Assembly: GCA_963717525.1 (NCBI GenBank)
Contig: OY970343.1
Span: forward strand, 640,001-704,000
From: an uncultured Methanoregulaceae archaeon
GTDB taxonomy: Archaea > Halobacteriota > Methanomicrobia > Methanomicrobiales > Methanospirillaceae
Direction of reading: 5' to 3'
DNA length: 64,000 bases
The position numbers and the translations under genes are program-made. Of this stretch, positions 20,677 to 30,986 are shown piece after piece; position 1 is the stretch's first letter, and each line of letters opens with the position of its first letter. The notes under the pieces are model-generated. The model worked only from the letters and a program-made list of their open reading frames with translations, had not been told where the DNA came from and did no database searches.

Positions 20677-21907
20677 TTACCTCCATGTCTTGACCGCGAG
20701 CACAATGGAACCGGTCGATGTTCTGTCTATAGCGCAGCGCTCTGCCTCTTCAAGGGAGGGGCAGACTGCATCGATCGTGAGGAGGGAAGGTGACGATTCG
20801 GGATTTTCGTCAGCCGATGGGGGATTCCCTACCCAGATAAGCATGCGGGGCCGGATCGTCCGGACAGCCGTGAGGATCTGGTCGTCCGGGAACCCTTCGC
20901 AGACCGCACCATCTCCTTTGACGGTCCCGATTACAAGGGTGATCCCGGGAGAGCCCGCACAGGTACGGGCGTACCGGGCGGCCTCGATGGTGGTTTCAGC
21001 GGTGGTTCCGCTGTTGGCGTTGTCGACGACAAGGATGTTCTTCTCTTTCCTGACCGACATGCGCCCTGCGACGCCGGGAAACGTGGAAAGCGGTGCAGGA
21101 TCGTACCCAAATAGGAGGGCTGCGGTTCCGGCAAGGGCAAGCGGCACGCGGTACCCGGGCAGGGTGAGCAGTGGGTTGGTGAACGTCCCGGAATGTCCAC
21201 ACACGGAGATGATGCAGGTTGGACCTGAAATGGACACAACATCGTCCAGCTGTACGGCGTCCGCGTGCGCACCGGCCGGGATGCCAGGGGCCACAAGAAG
21301 CTGCCCGGCTTTTTTGGGCCGATGCCACTTTTTCTGCGAGCGCACTCTTTTTCCCGGCAGCGCACCGGTAATCCAATGGCGAGGTGATGATGGCAAGATC
21401 GCCGGCACCGGTCACGCCGAGGGACTCTTCAGCGACCAGCCAGCCCCCGCACGAAACAGCCTTTTCTGCGGCGTCAAGCACCGAGGCCGGTGTGATGCTT
21501 TTTTTAAAGAGCAGCCGGAGTCCGGGCATCGCATAGGTGCCGGTCGAGGTATGCAGGATCCCGGGGCCGGGGAGCAGGTGGGCGAGCGCGTGTGCTGTGG
21601 TGGTCTTCCCCTGTGCCCCGGTGATCTCGATCATCGGGTGGAGAATCTTCCCGTCAAGCAGCCGCCGCACTGCTTCATGGTGGGAGATGACCGGTTCTCT
21701 TGCGGTACGCCTCGCGAGCAGCGGGTGGGTGGGGTCAAGGTGGACCGGGGCCACCACGAGATCGTAGGTTGTATTCACGGCCCGGTCCGCCGAGTCTGGT
21801 GTCGTTCCCCGGTATACGTCCACGGCATCTACGGAGTTGCCGGCACGGGCAAAAGCTGCGCCGATCTCGCTGCCGCCATGGATCGTATCGAGGAGCAGGA
21901 TCCGCAT
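20677..21907 (-). CDS. cfbE: Coenzyme F430 synthetase (Mur-ligase-like); +1 frameshift ~21305
   Basis: LDTIHGG, APVHLDP, EITGAQGKTTT, EESLG, DNANSG and LAVKTWR motifs. Confidence 0.9.
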
Positions 21908-21914
21908 ATGCCGG

Positions 21915-22316
21915 TCAGATGAGCGTGAGCGCCCGGTGGGCGTTTTTTACCATCAGCTCTGCAAGTAGCGGGTCGATCCCGATGGGGTCTGCGTACACGA
22001 GCGGAATGGTCTTTCCGTTGAGCACAAACATGCCCTTCTTCATGCCTTCGGGCAGTCCGATCTCTGAGGGAATGTCTTTTTCGATGTGGACGCCTTTTGC
22101 AAGAAAGAGTGGGACGACCACGAGCACATCGATATTTTCTTTTTTGAATTCAGAAAGCGCATCCCTGATGGAGGGTTTATTGACATTCATAAAACCGCAT
22201 TTGACGACAAACTCTCCGCTCTGGGCTGCGATCAGTTTTCCTGTTGATTCGATGAGCTCCTGGTTATAGGGCATGGTGCTGCCATGGCCTACAAGTAACA
22301 TTCCCTTTTTACTCAT
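21915..22316 (-). CDS. cfbA: Sirohydrochlorin nickelochelatase
   Basis: CbiX-S fold motifs LVGHGS and VPLFLAKGVHIEKDIP; first gene of the cfb operon. Confidence 0.92.
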   Translation of the reverse strand: MSKKGMLLVGHGSTMPYNQELIESTGKLIAAQSGEFVVKCGFMNVNKPSIRDALSEFKKENIDVLVVVPLFLAKGVHIEKDIPSEIGLPEGMKKGMFVLNGKTIPLVYADPIGIDPLLAELMVKNAHRALTLI

Positions 22317-22593
22317 GTGGGTAACTCCGATACTAGGATCGTTATGTGTTTTTTACCTGTTCGTGCTCTTTCGATCACGGGAACACATTACGTATGAAAA
22401 ATGGGACATGATCGTAATAATGGTTTTTCATTTGGATCTTCAGAAACTTATGTCATACCTGATGCGTTGATACCCACTTTTCAAAAGTTCTTTTGTCACA
22501 CTTTCTTCCGGGAGCTGTATCATCAGAACCCTGTCATCACCCGGATTAGATCCAAAGAATATTTCTGATGTGACTCTCAACTGATATGAACCT

Positions 22594-23735
22594 ATGATGG
22601 ATGCGTTCGAACGGTTTGGCCTCATCATCAACGACCGCGTAGTCAGGACTCCTATTGCCATAGCATCCATGGCAGGGATCGTGGACGCCCGGTATATTCT
22701 TGAACGCAAGGACCATATCGGGGTCGGGTTAATCGGCGGATACGCTATCGACCGGCCTACGATGGATGCGGCGCGGGGGATGGCGGCTTCCAGTGAGCGC
22801 AAAGAATTCGTGTATGATGATCCGGTGGAAGCACTGGGCGCTGAGATCGCCCAGCTCAAAACCTTCGATGTGGTCACCGGCATCAACCTCCGCGGCAGCT
22901 CACCGGCTGCATTTGCCGCCGTTGCCGATGCCTTCGGCGACGATGTGGTCTACGAGATCGACGCCCACTGCCGGCAGGCCCCCATGGTCGCCGCCGGCGC
23001 CGGGGAATTTTATCCCAAAAACCCCGCGGCCCTCATGGATGTGGTAAAAACCCTCAAATCAAAGAAGGTTACCGTCTCGGTCAAGATCCGCGTGGGGATC
23101 GCAGCTGACGACCGGGCGCTTGTCCGGGCGCTCTGGGGTGCCGGGGCGGATATTATCCACGTCGATCTCATGGATGCAGGTATCGCCAAACTGCGGCAGC
23201 TTCGGAACAGCTGCCCGCTTGTGATCATCGCGAACAACTCTGTTACGACGTTTGACCGGATGCGGGAGATGCTCTCACACGGTGCCGATCTGGTCTCGCT
23301 TGCCCGGCAGTCCGATGTGAAGACGCTTGCCGGGCTGGATGCGGCCATCAGCCGGTACGCGGATGAGGACGGCTGGTACAACTCGCCAAAGCAGCTCTGT
23401 CCGGGGCGGTGATATACGGGCGCTGACCTTCTGCTGCATGCCCGGTCAAAGAGTGCCCGCTCATCCCCGCGCTTACACGGATCGGCCTCTCGAAGGATGA
23501 GTATGTCCGGTTGAAACTGGGTGCGGTGAAAGGCACGCCGCTCGAGGGAGGCCCCAATACCTGTTTTGGCAGCCTTGCGTGGTGCTGCAAGACCTCCTCG
23601 CCCTGCATGTTCCGTGACATGACGCTTGCGCAGGACGGCATTCCAAAGAAAGAGTATATGCGCCGGAAACGCGAGCTCTCAGATACCCTTATGAGCCGTG
23701 TGTTCCATGACGTCCCTTCTCCTGAGTCCCGCTGA
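22594..23735 (+). CDS. Dus-like TIM-barrel fused to methanogenesis marker 9 Cys-rich domain; two +1 frameshifts (~23400, ~23441)
   Basis: IASMAGI, EIDAHCRQ and IANNSV motifs. The repaired C-terminus reads [21 protein letters not shown]...TCFGSLAWCCKTSSPCMFRD. Confidence 0.85.
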
Positions 23736-24528
23736 ACGTGCACAGCTGGCAATGATGCTTGAGGTCTGCGCCTTCCCCAAGCCCGGGAACGTGGACCGGT
23801 GTCATGACTATCCCGACACCCGGCTCGAACATTTCCTCGCGTCTGTGATCCTTGCCCGCCCGGCTCTTGATGAGGCCGCATTGGGTAAAGGGAGGATTGG
23901 TGAGATTATCGGCCATGCTGTCCGTCAGACCAGCATGCACAGCGGCGGCAACACGCATTTCGGGGCATTTATCCTCTTAATACCTCTCTTGTACGGCGGC
24001 GATATCGAAGGTGCGAAGACTGCCGTCACCCGTACCGATGTATCCGACGCGGTTGCGTTCTACAAGGCGTTTGCGCTTACCCGGGTCCGGATGAACGAAG
24101 GAGACGAGCTTGACGTGAACGACCCGCGGGTACTGGACGAGCTCCGCGAACGCGACATGACCCTGCTTGACGTGATGCAGCACTCGGCGGCAAACGACAT
24201 GGTCGCCCGCGAGTGGATCAACGGGTTTATGCTGACCCGGCGCGGTGCCGATATCCTCCACCAGATCGGGCCGGGCCGGGGGGCGGTGGTCGAGATGTTC
24301 CTTACCCTGCTTGCAACCGAGCCGGATACGTTCATCATCAAGAAGCACGGCCGGGCAGTGGCTGAACAGACCATGGAAAAGGCCCGCGAGGTTTTGGACG
24401 GGCGGAGAGTGCTTGAGACCTTCGATGCCGAATGCATCGAGGCCGGTATCAACCCGGGCTCGATCGCTGATATCACGATCGCGGCGATCTTTATCGCTTT
24501 GGGCGAGGGATGGGAATGGGACTCTTAA
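23707..24528 (+). CDS. CitG-family triphosphoribosyl-dephospho-CoA synthase-like protein
   Basis: LEVCAFPKPGNVDR, GNTHFG, DTFIIKKHG and NPGSIAD motifs. Confidence 0.88.
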   Translation: MTSLLLSPAERAQLAMMLEVCAFPKPGNVDRCHDYPDTRLEHFLASVILARPALDEAALGKGRIGEIIGHAVRQTSMHSGGNTHFGAFILLIPLLYGGDIEGAKTAVTRTDVSDAVAFYKAFALTRVRMNEGDELDVNDPRVLDELRERDMTLLDVMQHSAANDMVAREWINGFMLTRRGADILHQIGPGRGAVVEMFLTLLATEPDTFIIKKHGRAVAEQTMEKAREVLDGRRVLETFDAECIEAGINPGSIADITIAAIFIALGEGWEWDS

Positions 24529-25073
24529 AAAGCGGGATCAACGAGGTGATCGCGACCACTGCTTTCAACGCGGCGCCCATCGGTATCCATATCCGGGACA
24601 AAACGGTGAGCATGATCCTCTTCCCCGGCGGCCACACTGCGGAGAATATCGTGCGCGATGGCTGGGTGGTCGCAAATATCATAAGCGATCCCCTGCTGTA
24701 TGTAAAGACTGCATTCGACGATCTCCCCCGTGATGCATTTGTTGAGGAGCCGGTGGCGGGCAAGACAATGTACCGGCTCGCCGGTGCCGAAGCCTGGATC
24801 GCATTCACCGCACAGGCAGAAAGCAATTCCGCCGGGACGATTAAGGTCACGCTTACGCAGGAGAAAGAGATCATCGAGACCGTTGCGGTTCACCCGGTGA
24901 ACCGGGGGTTCAACAGCATCATAGACGCGACCGTTCACGCGACCCGGTACCGGGTAAACCGGGATCCGGAGATCAAGAAACTGATCGATTACCACACCGG
25001 CATTGTGCGGAAATGCGGCGGGAAGAAAGATCTTGCAGCACTGGATCTGCTGGTGCGGTATATCGGCGAATAA
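24510..25073 (+). CDS. DUF447 family protein
   Basis: EVIATT..NAAPIG and NRGFNSIIDATVHATR motifs. Confidence 0.85.
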   Translation: MGMGLLKSGINEVIATTAFNAAPIGIHIRDKTVSMILFPGGHTAENIVRDGWVVANIISDPLLYVKTAFDDLPRDAFVEEPVAGKTMYRLAGAEAWIAFTAQAESNSAGTIKVTLTQEKEIIETVAVHPVNRGFNSIIDATVHATRYRVNRDPEIKKLIDYHTGIVRKCGGKKDLAALDLLVRYIGE

Positions 25074-25143
25074 CACAAGGTAACAGAATCTCCGGGACAC
25101 TCACCCGCCATCAGGGCGATTTTTTAAAAGAGAGAGGGATGGA

Positions 25144-26140
25144 TCAGCACACCCGGGGTACCGGATCGCCCATGGGGGGCTCTATGAACCGTTCTCCCCC
25201 GATTGCGGTCTCCATGATTACGTGGGACCCGGCGACCACCCTGCCTATGATCGCGGCGTCCTTCCCGTACTTATGGGAGCGGAGAGCCGCTAGGATCGAA
25301 TCTGCATCGGCTGCCGGGTACTCCCATCAACACCTTGCCTTCGTTTGCCACTTCCAGCGGGTCGATGCCGAGCATGCCGGCCGCACTCCTGACACTCCTG
25401 CGGACAGGAATAAGTCTCTCCTCGATCCTGACCTGCACATGGCTCTTCTTTGCCATCTCGTTTATGGCGCTTGCAAAACCGCCCCGGGTCGGGTCTTTCA
25501 TCGCGTGAATGGTTCCCGCATCAAGGGCGCCTTCCATCATCCCCCAGAGAGGGGAGACATCGGAGTGGATCTGCTCGCCGAGATCGAACCCTTCACGGTG
25601 GGCCATGATCGCGATACCGTGATCGCCCAAAGTTCCCGAGACGATGATCACGTCCCCGGGGACAAGGCCGTTGTCCCGCACGATGGTCCGTGCGACGCCG
25701 ATACCGGCGGTGTTGATTATGATCCCGTCAAGCGAGCCCTTCTCGACAACTTTGGTGTCTCCCGTCACAAGGCTTGCTCCTGCCTCGCCGAGCGCTTCGT
25801 CCATGGAGCTTACAATCCGGGCAAGATCGGCGACATCGAAGCCCTCTTCGATGATCATCCCGCACGAGAGTGCAACCGGCCGCCCCCCCATCATGGTAAG
25901 GTCGTTTACCGTGCCGCAGACCGCGATCCTGCCGATATCCCCCCCCGGGAAAAAGATCGGGCGGACGACGTGGGAATCCGTGGTAAAGACGATATTGGTG
26001 CCGTTGATCGGTATGACGGCCCCGTCATCAAGTGACTCGAGCCCTATCCCGCCGGCATTGTTGTGGGAGAATTTCGTGAGCGTCTGCAGGAGTTCGCCCA
26101 TCACCTCGCCCCCGGCGCCATGCATCAGGTTGACCTTCAT
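25144..26140 (-). CDS. hypE: Hydrogenase maturation protein HypE; +1 frameshift ~25314
   Basis: HGAGG, TTDSHVV, GGDIG, DPTRGG and ANEG motifs. The repaired C-terminus ends PVPRVC*. Confidence 0.95.
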
Positions 26141-26481
26141 GGGGAGTCCGCCACCTCAATCTCGACATTGGTCACGACGATCTCGCGGCCACGGACCACT
26201 TCGGGAAGGGCGCCACAGCGGGGACAGATATAGATCTCGTTTCCCTCGTACCCGCAGGGACATTTCGTTGCCGGTTCCACCTCGGTGCATTCCAGGACTG
26301 TTGCGGTAAAGAGCGGGTCGTCCTCTTTTATGGTATCAAACAAAAAGATCACCTGTTCGGGGTTCACCATGGCCATCTTTCCCACGTCGACCCGGATCTT
26401 TTTTACCTTCGTGGCCCGGTGATCAAGCGCTGCTTTTTTTGCGGTTGCGTACAGGTCGTAAGCGATGCTGTATTCGTGCAT
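26137..26481 (-). CDS. hypA: Hydrogenase nickel metallochaperone HypA
   Basis: MHEYS start, CPC and CPRC zinc motifs, GRE motif. Confidence 0.93.
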   Translation of the reverse strand: MHEYSIAYDLYATAKKAALDHRATKVKKIRVDVGKMAMVNPEQVIFLFDTIKEDDPLFTATVLECTEVEPATKCPCGYEGNEIYICPRCGALPEVVRGREIVVTNVEIEVADSP

Positions 26482-26705
26482 CACTCCTCCAGCGCGGCAT
26501 AGACCTGCTTAAAGATCTCCCGGGTCTCCAGCCCGTCCTCGCGGGAGAGGCGCTGGATTGCAAACCCCACGTGCACAAGCACGAACTCTCCGATCTTGAC
26601 ATCCACGAGATCGAGCCGGACTTCCTGTTTGAGGTCGCCATAGTCCACGACCCCGATATTCCCGTCCTTGATCTCCAGCACTTCTGCAGGAACTGCAACG
26701 CACAT
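26481..26705 (-). CDS. hypC: Hydrogenase chaperone HypC
   Basis: MCVAVP start and VLVHVGFA motif. Confidence 0.96.
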   Translation of the reverse strand: MCVAVPAEVLEIKDGNIGVVDYGDLKQEVRLDLVDVKIGEFVLVHVGFAIQRLSREDGLETREIFKQVYAALEE

Positions 26706-26859
26706 CGATGGCTCACACCTGTATCCGGTTAGGTACTATGGATTTTCCATACTCATAAAAACAGTGATAAGACCCTTTTGGATTCCACGGAATACCTTCG
26801 CTTCGTTCCTGTGCGATTGGGAAGAAGGGAAACAAACCGGAAATGCGTTCTTAATTTGA

Positions 26860-26944
26860 CGCCGGGGAAGAGATTTGAACTCTTGAGGTGCAGGGCACCA
26901 GTGGCTTTCAAGGCCACCGCCTTACCGGACTAGACTACCCCGGC
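26860..26944 (-). tRNA. tRNA-Ser(TGA)
   Basis: Reverse complement GCCGGGGTAGTCTAGTCCGGTAAGGCGGTGGCCTTGAAAGCCACTGGTGCCCTGCACCTCAAGAGTTCAAATCTCTTCCCCGGCG; anticodon TGA, long variable arm, G discriminator. Confidence 0.97.
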
Positions 26945-27068
26945 ATGTGTTTCTACTCTTTTTGCGGTGCAATATGAAAAAGGCTTCTTTCCTCGTGCGG
27001 TTTTATCGCCCTGCCCGGATAACCGGAAGAGGAGATCCGGGATCCCATTCACCCGTTCTTCTTTACGG

Positions 27069-27882
27069 TTAATTCCTTCGCAGGTGAATGCAGAGCACTG
27101 CCATCGCTAGGGCAATCACGCAGACCCCAACCACAAGAGGTGCCTGTGTAGTCGTTGGCAGGGATGATTGCCCCGCCACGAATGCTGCGGGAACGGTCGG
27201 ACTTACCGTGACCGACTCTGCATTCGTGGGTGTCGCGGTCGTTTCCTGTGCTACCGTCTCATTTTCCCCGATAATACGTATCGTCCGCGTACCTATATAC
27301 CCCCCGGCATCGGTAAAACTCACATCGTAATTCCCGGCCTCGCTGACAGGTACCGCAAGGTTAAACCTTCCGAGGCTGTCGGTTCCCGTATAAGTCGGGC
27401 CGTAAATGACACCGTTATCCGGGCCGATCACGCCGACCTGGACGCCGGAACTGATATCCGTGGCAATCTGCCCGGTGAGGTATATATATCCTGATAATGC
27501 CTGGGTCGTCTGGGATGTCAGGATAATCTCATCGGAGCGGTTGACAATCATTACCTGCCTTATGGTAATGGAGTCTCCTGTCCCACCTGCCGGGACCTCG
27601 ACTTTATAAGTACCCGGGTGACAGGCCGGTCGTGTCGAATACAACACGGAAGGTATTGTCTGACTGGACATAGGCGACCATGCGATCAACCTCGGTACTG
27701 GTCGTTACCTGCTGGTAGAGTACCACATCGATCGGCGTCCCGATACCAAAGGTAGTTGTGCCATTGACGACAAGAGGCAGGCCCGCGGACAGGGTTGCCG
27801 GTGCATAAATGGTGACCTGGTATGCCGGCACACTGGATATGAGGAAAACAATCCCCAGTACCAGGAGGATGATCTTCTTCAT
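27069..27882 (-). CDS. Secreted surface protein with C-terminal anchor; +1 frameshift ~27612
   Basis: MKK signal peptide. FDTTGLSPG-TYKVEV joins the two ORFs; APL + TM + RRN. Confidence 0.75.
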
Positions 27883-27912
27883 CAATGTACAAGATCAACT
27901 ATGAGGCTGTTA

Positions 27913-28900
27913 ATGATTTCTGATAACCAGAAAAAACCGATTGCGTGCTGGCGTGGCAAGGAGCGGTATAATGGCAGGACGGTAGAATGCCTGACAATTA
28001 TCTTTGAGTCCGGGGGATGCTCATGGGCCCGGTGCAGGATGTGCAGCTACCGGTTTGAGAAGTATACGGCCCGGTCCTGCGAGGAACTGTTAGAACACCT
28101 GCATGCCCAGCTGTGCTGGGTGAGTTCGCAGTTTTCGCTTGACGAATTCCCGATGATCAAGATCTTTACCTCGGGAAGTTTCTTTGATCCGGAAGAAGTC
28201 CCGCCCGGCATTTTTAACCCTGGTTGCGCAGGTATTCCGGGGAAAGATCGTGATCGCGGAGAGCCGGCCCGAGTATATCACCCGCGAGACCATTGAGCCG
28301 TTTGTCGCCGAACTCGATGACGGCACCCATCCAACCCCGCTCTATTGCGCAATCGGCCTTGAAACGACGAATGATTCTATCCGGGAGAAATGCATCAACA
28401 AGGGATTTTCCTACGCAGATTTTACTACGGCTGCAGCGAACGCCCATGCAGCCGGGGCAGGTGTGAAGGCGTATCTTCTTTTCAAGCCGCTGTTCCTTAC
28501 CGAGGCCGAAGCAATGGCCGATATGAGGTCATCGCTTGCCGGGCTGGCAGGGCAGGTGGAGATGGTCTCCATGAATCCCTGCACCGTCCAGAAAAGGACC
28601 GAACTTGAGATGTACTGGAAGCAGGGTGCATACCGGCCTCCCTATCTCTGGAGTATCCTGTCCCTGTTAAAAGGCTCGCCGGTTGAGGTGACCTGCGATC
28701 CTCTGGGTGGCGGGCAGAAACGGGGGCCGCACAACTGCGGGACGTGCGACTATGAGATCGTCCGCGGTATCAGGGATTATTCTCTTACCGGGGATCGCGA
28801 TCTCATAGGGGCGCTGCTGGAGACAGAGTGTGCCTGCAAGGGCGAGTGGGAGTACGTGCTTTCCCGGGAACAGCCATATTGTATGCCGCTTACGAGATGA
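27913..28900 (+). CDS. raSEA: Archaeosine biosynthesis radical SAM enzyme RaSEA; +1 frameshift ~28205
   Basis: GCSWARCRMC, KIFTSGSFFD, ESRPE, GLET, KAYLLFKP, YRPPYLWS and RGPHNC motifs. Confidence 0.88.
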
Positions 28901-28990
28901 GTATTCTCTCCAGTGCTGGCGTTTTTTTGATCCTGGTTCGGCCGGGTGTCCGGTTATAATAAAAAGATCTGGCAGGAGCGTTTGCCCCCA

Positions 28991-30238
28991 TCACAGGATG
29001 TTCCTGTTTTTTCCCCTGCTCTGCTTTTCGATCTGCTCGGCAAGGAGGGGGAAGAATGTTCCTGCATCGGAGACTATCCCGATGGCCTGTGTCGTGCCCC
29101 GGTCCATCAGTTTTGTCACGGAGGCGGGGTTGATATCCACGCACACCGTTTTTACGCTGGAGGGCAGGCAGTTGCCCACCGCTATCGAGTGCAGGAGGGT
29201 CGCGACCATCAGGACCATCTTGCACCCGGGGATATGCTTGCGCATCTCGTCCTGCGCCACCATCGTATCCTGGATCACATCGGGCAGGGGGCCGTCGTCC
29301 CTGATTGAACCGGCGAGTACAAACGGCACGTTGTGCTTAACGCACTCGTACATGATGCCCCCGGTAAGGATTCCCTGTTCCACCGCACTTTTCAGGGACC
29401 CGGCCCGCATGATCTCGCTTATCGCATAGATATGGTGCCGGTGCCCTCCCATTACCGGTCTTCCGGTTTTTATGTCCATCCCCAGTGATGTGCCAAAAAG
29501 GTTGTACTCGACATCGTGCGTTGCGAGTGCATTGCCGGCAAAGAGGACGTTGATATAGCCTTTCCGGACCATCTCCGCTACGGCCTTGTCTGCCCCGGTG
29601 TGGATGATCGCCGGACCTCCCACGAGGATGATCTTCCCTCCAGTCCTGTGGACCTCGAGGATCTCTTTTGCAATCTGTGCTATCAGGGTCTCGCTCGGCC
29701 GCTCCGATGAGACAGTGCCATGCATAAACTCGAACGTGCTGCTCGTCCGGGGGCGGTCGGGATAACTCACGAGCACGCCTTCTTCCCCGACAACGACAAA
29801 ATCTCCTTTCCTGATCTTTCCAAGGGGCGTACACCGGGCCTTCTTTTGTGCCGGATCGACCACGATCAGGAAGTCCATCTCGATTTCTTCGACCGGGACC
29901 CACTCGTCCGCAAGCCGGACCTGGGTGGGGTGATTGGTTGTCGTATAGAACTCCCGGGGGGCATTCCTGTCTCCTGCAGCCGGGACGTAATGGACCGATT
30001 GCACCTGGGGGAGCCGTGCGCCAAGCCGGTGGAGTTCCGAGAGGATGGAGCGCAGTTTTTCCTTGTCTTGGGCGACGATTTTCAGGCGGGCGTAGCTGGG
30101 ATCGGTTTTTTTCTTGCCCACATCAAACGTGAGGATCTCGAAATTCCCCCCCATGTCCATGATCCGGTCGAAGAGCTGGGTCATGATGCCTGAATCGATG
30201 ATATGACCCTGCAGTTCGATCTCCTGCGACTCCGCCAT
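28991..30238 (-). CDS. TIGR00300 family protein (LOR/SDH-like, ornithine cyclodeaminase type)
   Basis: GHIIDSG, FYTTTNHPT, FMHGTVSSE, GNALATHD, GSIRDDGP and KLMDRG motifs. Confidence 0.88.
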   Translation of the reverse strand: MAESQEIELQGHIIDSGIMTQLFDRIMDMGGNFEILTFDVGKKKTDPSYARLKIVAQDKEKLRSILSELHRLGARLPQVQSVHYVPAAGDRNAPREFYTTTNHPTQVRLADEWVPVEEIEMDFLIVVDPAQKKARCTPLGKIRKGDFVVVGEEGVLVSYPDRPRTSSTFEFMHGTVSSERPSETLIAQIAKEILEVHRTGGKIILVGGPAIIHTGADKAVAEMVRKGYINVLFAGNALATHDVEYNLFGTSLGMDIKTGRPVMGGHRHHIYAISEIMRAGSLKSAVEQGILTGGIMYECVKHNVPFVLAGSIRDDGPLPDVIQDTMVAQDEMRKHIPGCKMVLMVATLLHSIAVGNCLPSSVKTVCVDINPASVTKLMDRGTTQAIGIVSDAGTFFPLLAEQIEKQSRGKNRNIL

Positions 30239-30380
30239 AGTACTATAGTATTTAACCCCGCACCTTAATATTCATTCGTATTAAATACGGCAGGATCAGC
30301 CTTTTTTTGGGTGGAAAGACACGGATTGAGGCCAGTTAACCGTGGCTCCGGGTCAGAGTTTATAATCTCCGCACGACCGG

Positions 30381-30986
30381 TTACTGCAATTCCCGCTGTT
30401 TTGTGAGGAATACCTCTGCGGCTATCTGATCAGCACGGGTATTAACGTTGATTGCAAGCCTTGGATCATCGAGCACCAGCTGGATCTCATCCTGTGTTTC
30501 TGCGATCCTGTCACCTCTCAGAATATTGAGGCCGGTCGGGCAGGCTTCGATGTCCCGGATTTTTGTGCGGTAGGTCATGCCTCCCCGGCAGGAGGTGACG
30601 GTTTTTGAGGGAATCCACGTGGAACAGGCATCCTTTCCCGATTCGCGGTAGGCATTATGGATTGTGGAAATGATATCAGCGTCGATACAGGGAATATCCG
30701 AAACGCTCACAAACAAAGGGAGCTTCTCTTCAAGTGCCCGGACCGTCTCAACCATATCCGGTATATAATCTGCGCCTCCCGCATCGTACACATCGAGACC
30801 GTTTACCCTGCACCAGTTCCGGGTCATGGGCGTTTTGGGCGACGTTGCTACCACAACTTTGCATCCTGCCCCGGTGAAGGCATCGATGATATACCGGATC
30901 ATCGGCTGGTTATAGATGAGAATAAGGGGTTTTTCCCCGAGATTGAGGCGGCTCCCTGCCCCCCCTGCCATGATCAGCGCACGCAT
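30381..30986 (-). CDS. cobY: Adenosylcobinamide-phosphate guanylyltransferase
   Basis: IMAGGAGSRL..GEKP and NVNT motifs; overlaps cobD. Confidence 0.8.
   Translation of the reverse strand: MRALIMAGGAGSRLNLGEKPLILIYNQPMIRYIIDAFTGAGCKVVVATSPKTPMTRNWCRVNGLDVYDAGGADYIPDMVETVRALEEKLPLFVSVSDIPCIDADIISTIHNAYRESGKDACSTWIPSKTVTSCRGGMTYRTKIRDIEACPTGLNILRGDRIAETQDEIQLVLDDPRLAINVNTRADQIAAEVFLTKQRELQ

Noticed and set aside
20063..21922. 619-aa plus-strand ORF
   Set aside because: Antisense shadow of cfbD/cfbE in GC-rich DNA, with no recognisable motifs.
22385..22420. NikR-like operator upstream of cfbA (TATGA-N17-TAATA) and hypC (~26734, TACTA-N14-TCATA)
   Set aside because: The spacings disagree with each other and with known NikR sites, and they overlap AT-rich promoter sequence.
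25013..26035. 340-aa plus-strand ORF
   Set aside because: Antisense shadow of hypE.
26860..26944. Possible selenocysteine or suppressor tRNA
   Set aside because: The anticodon is UGA (reads the Ser codon UCA), not UCA, and the fold is an ordinary tRNA-Ser.
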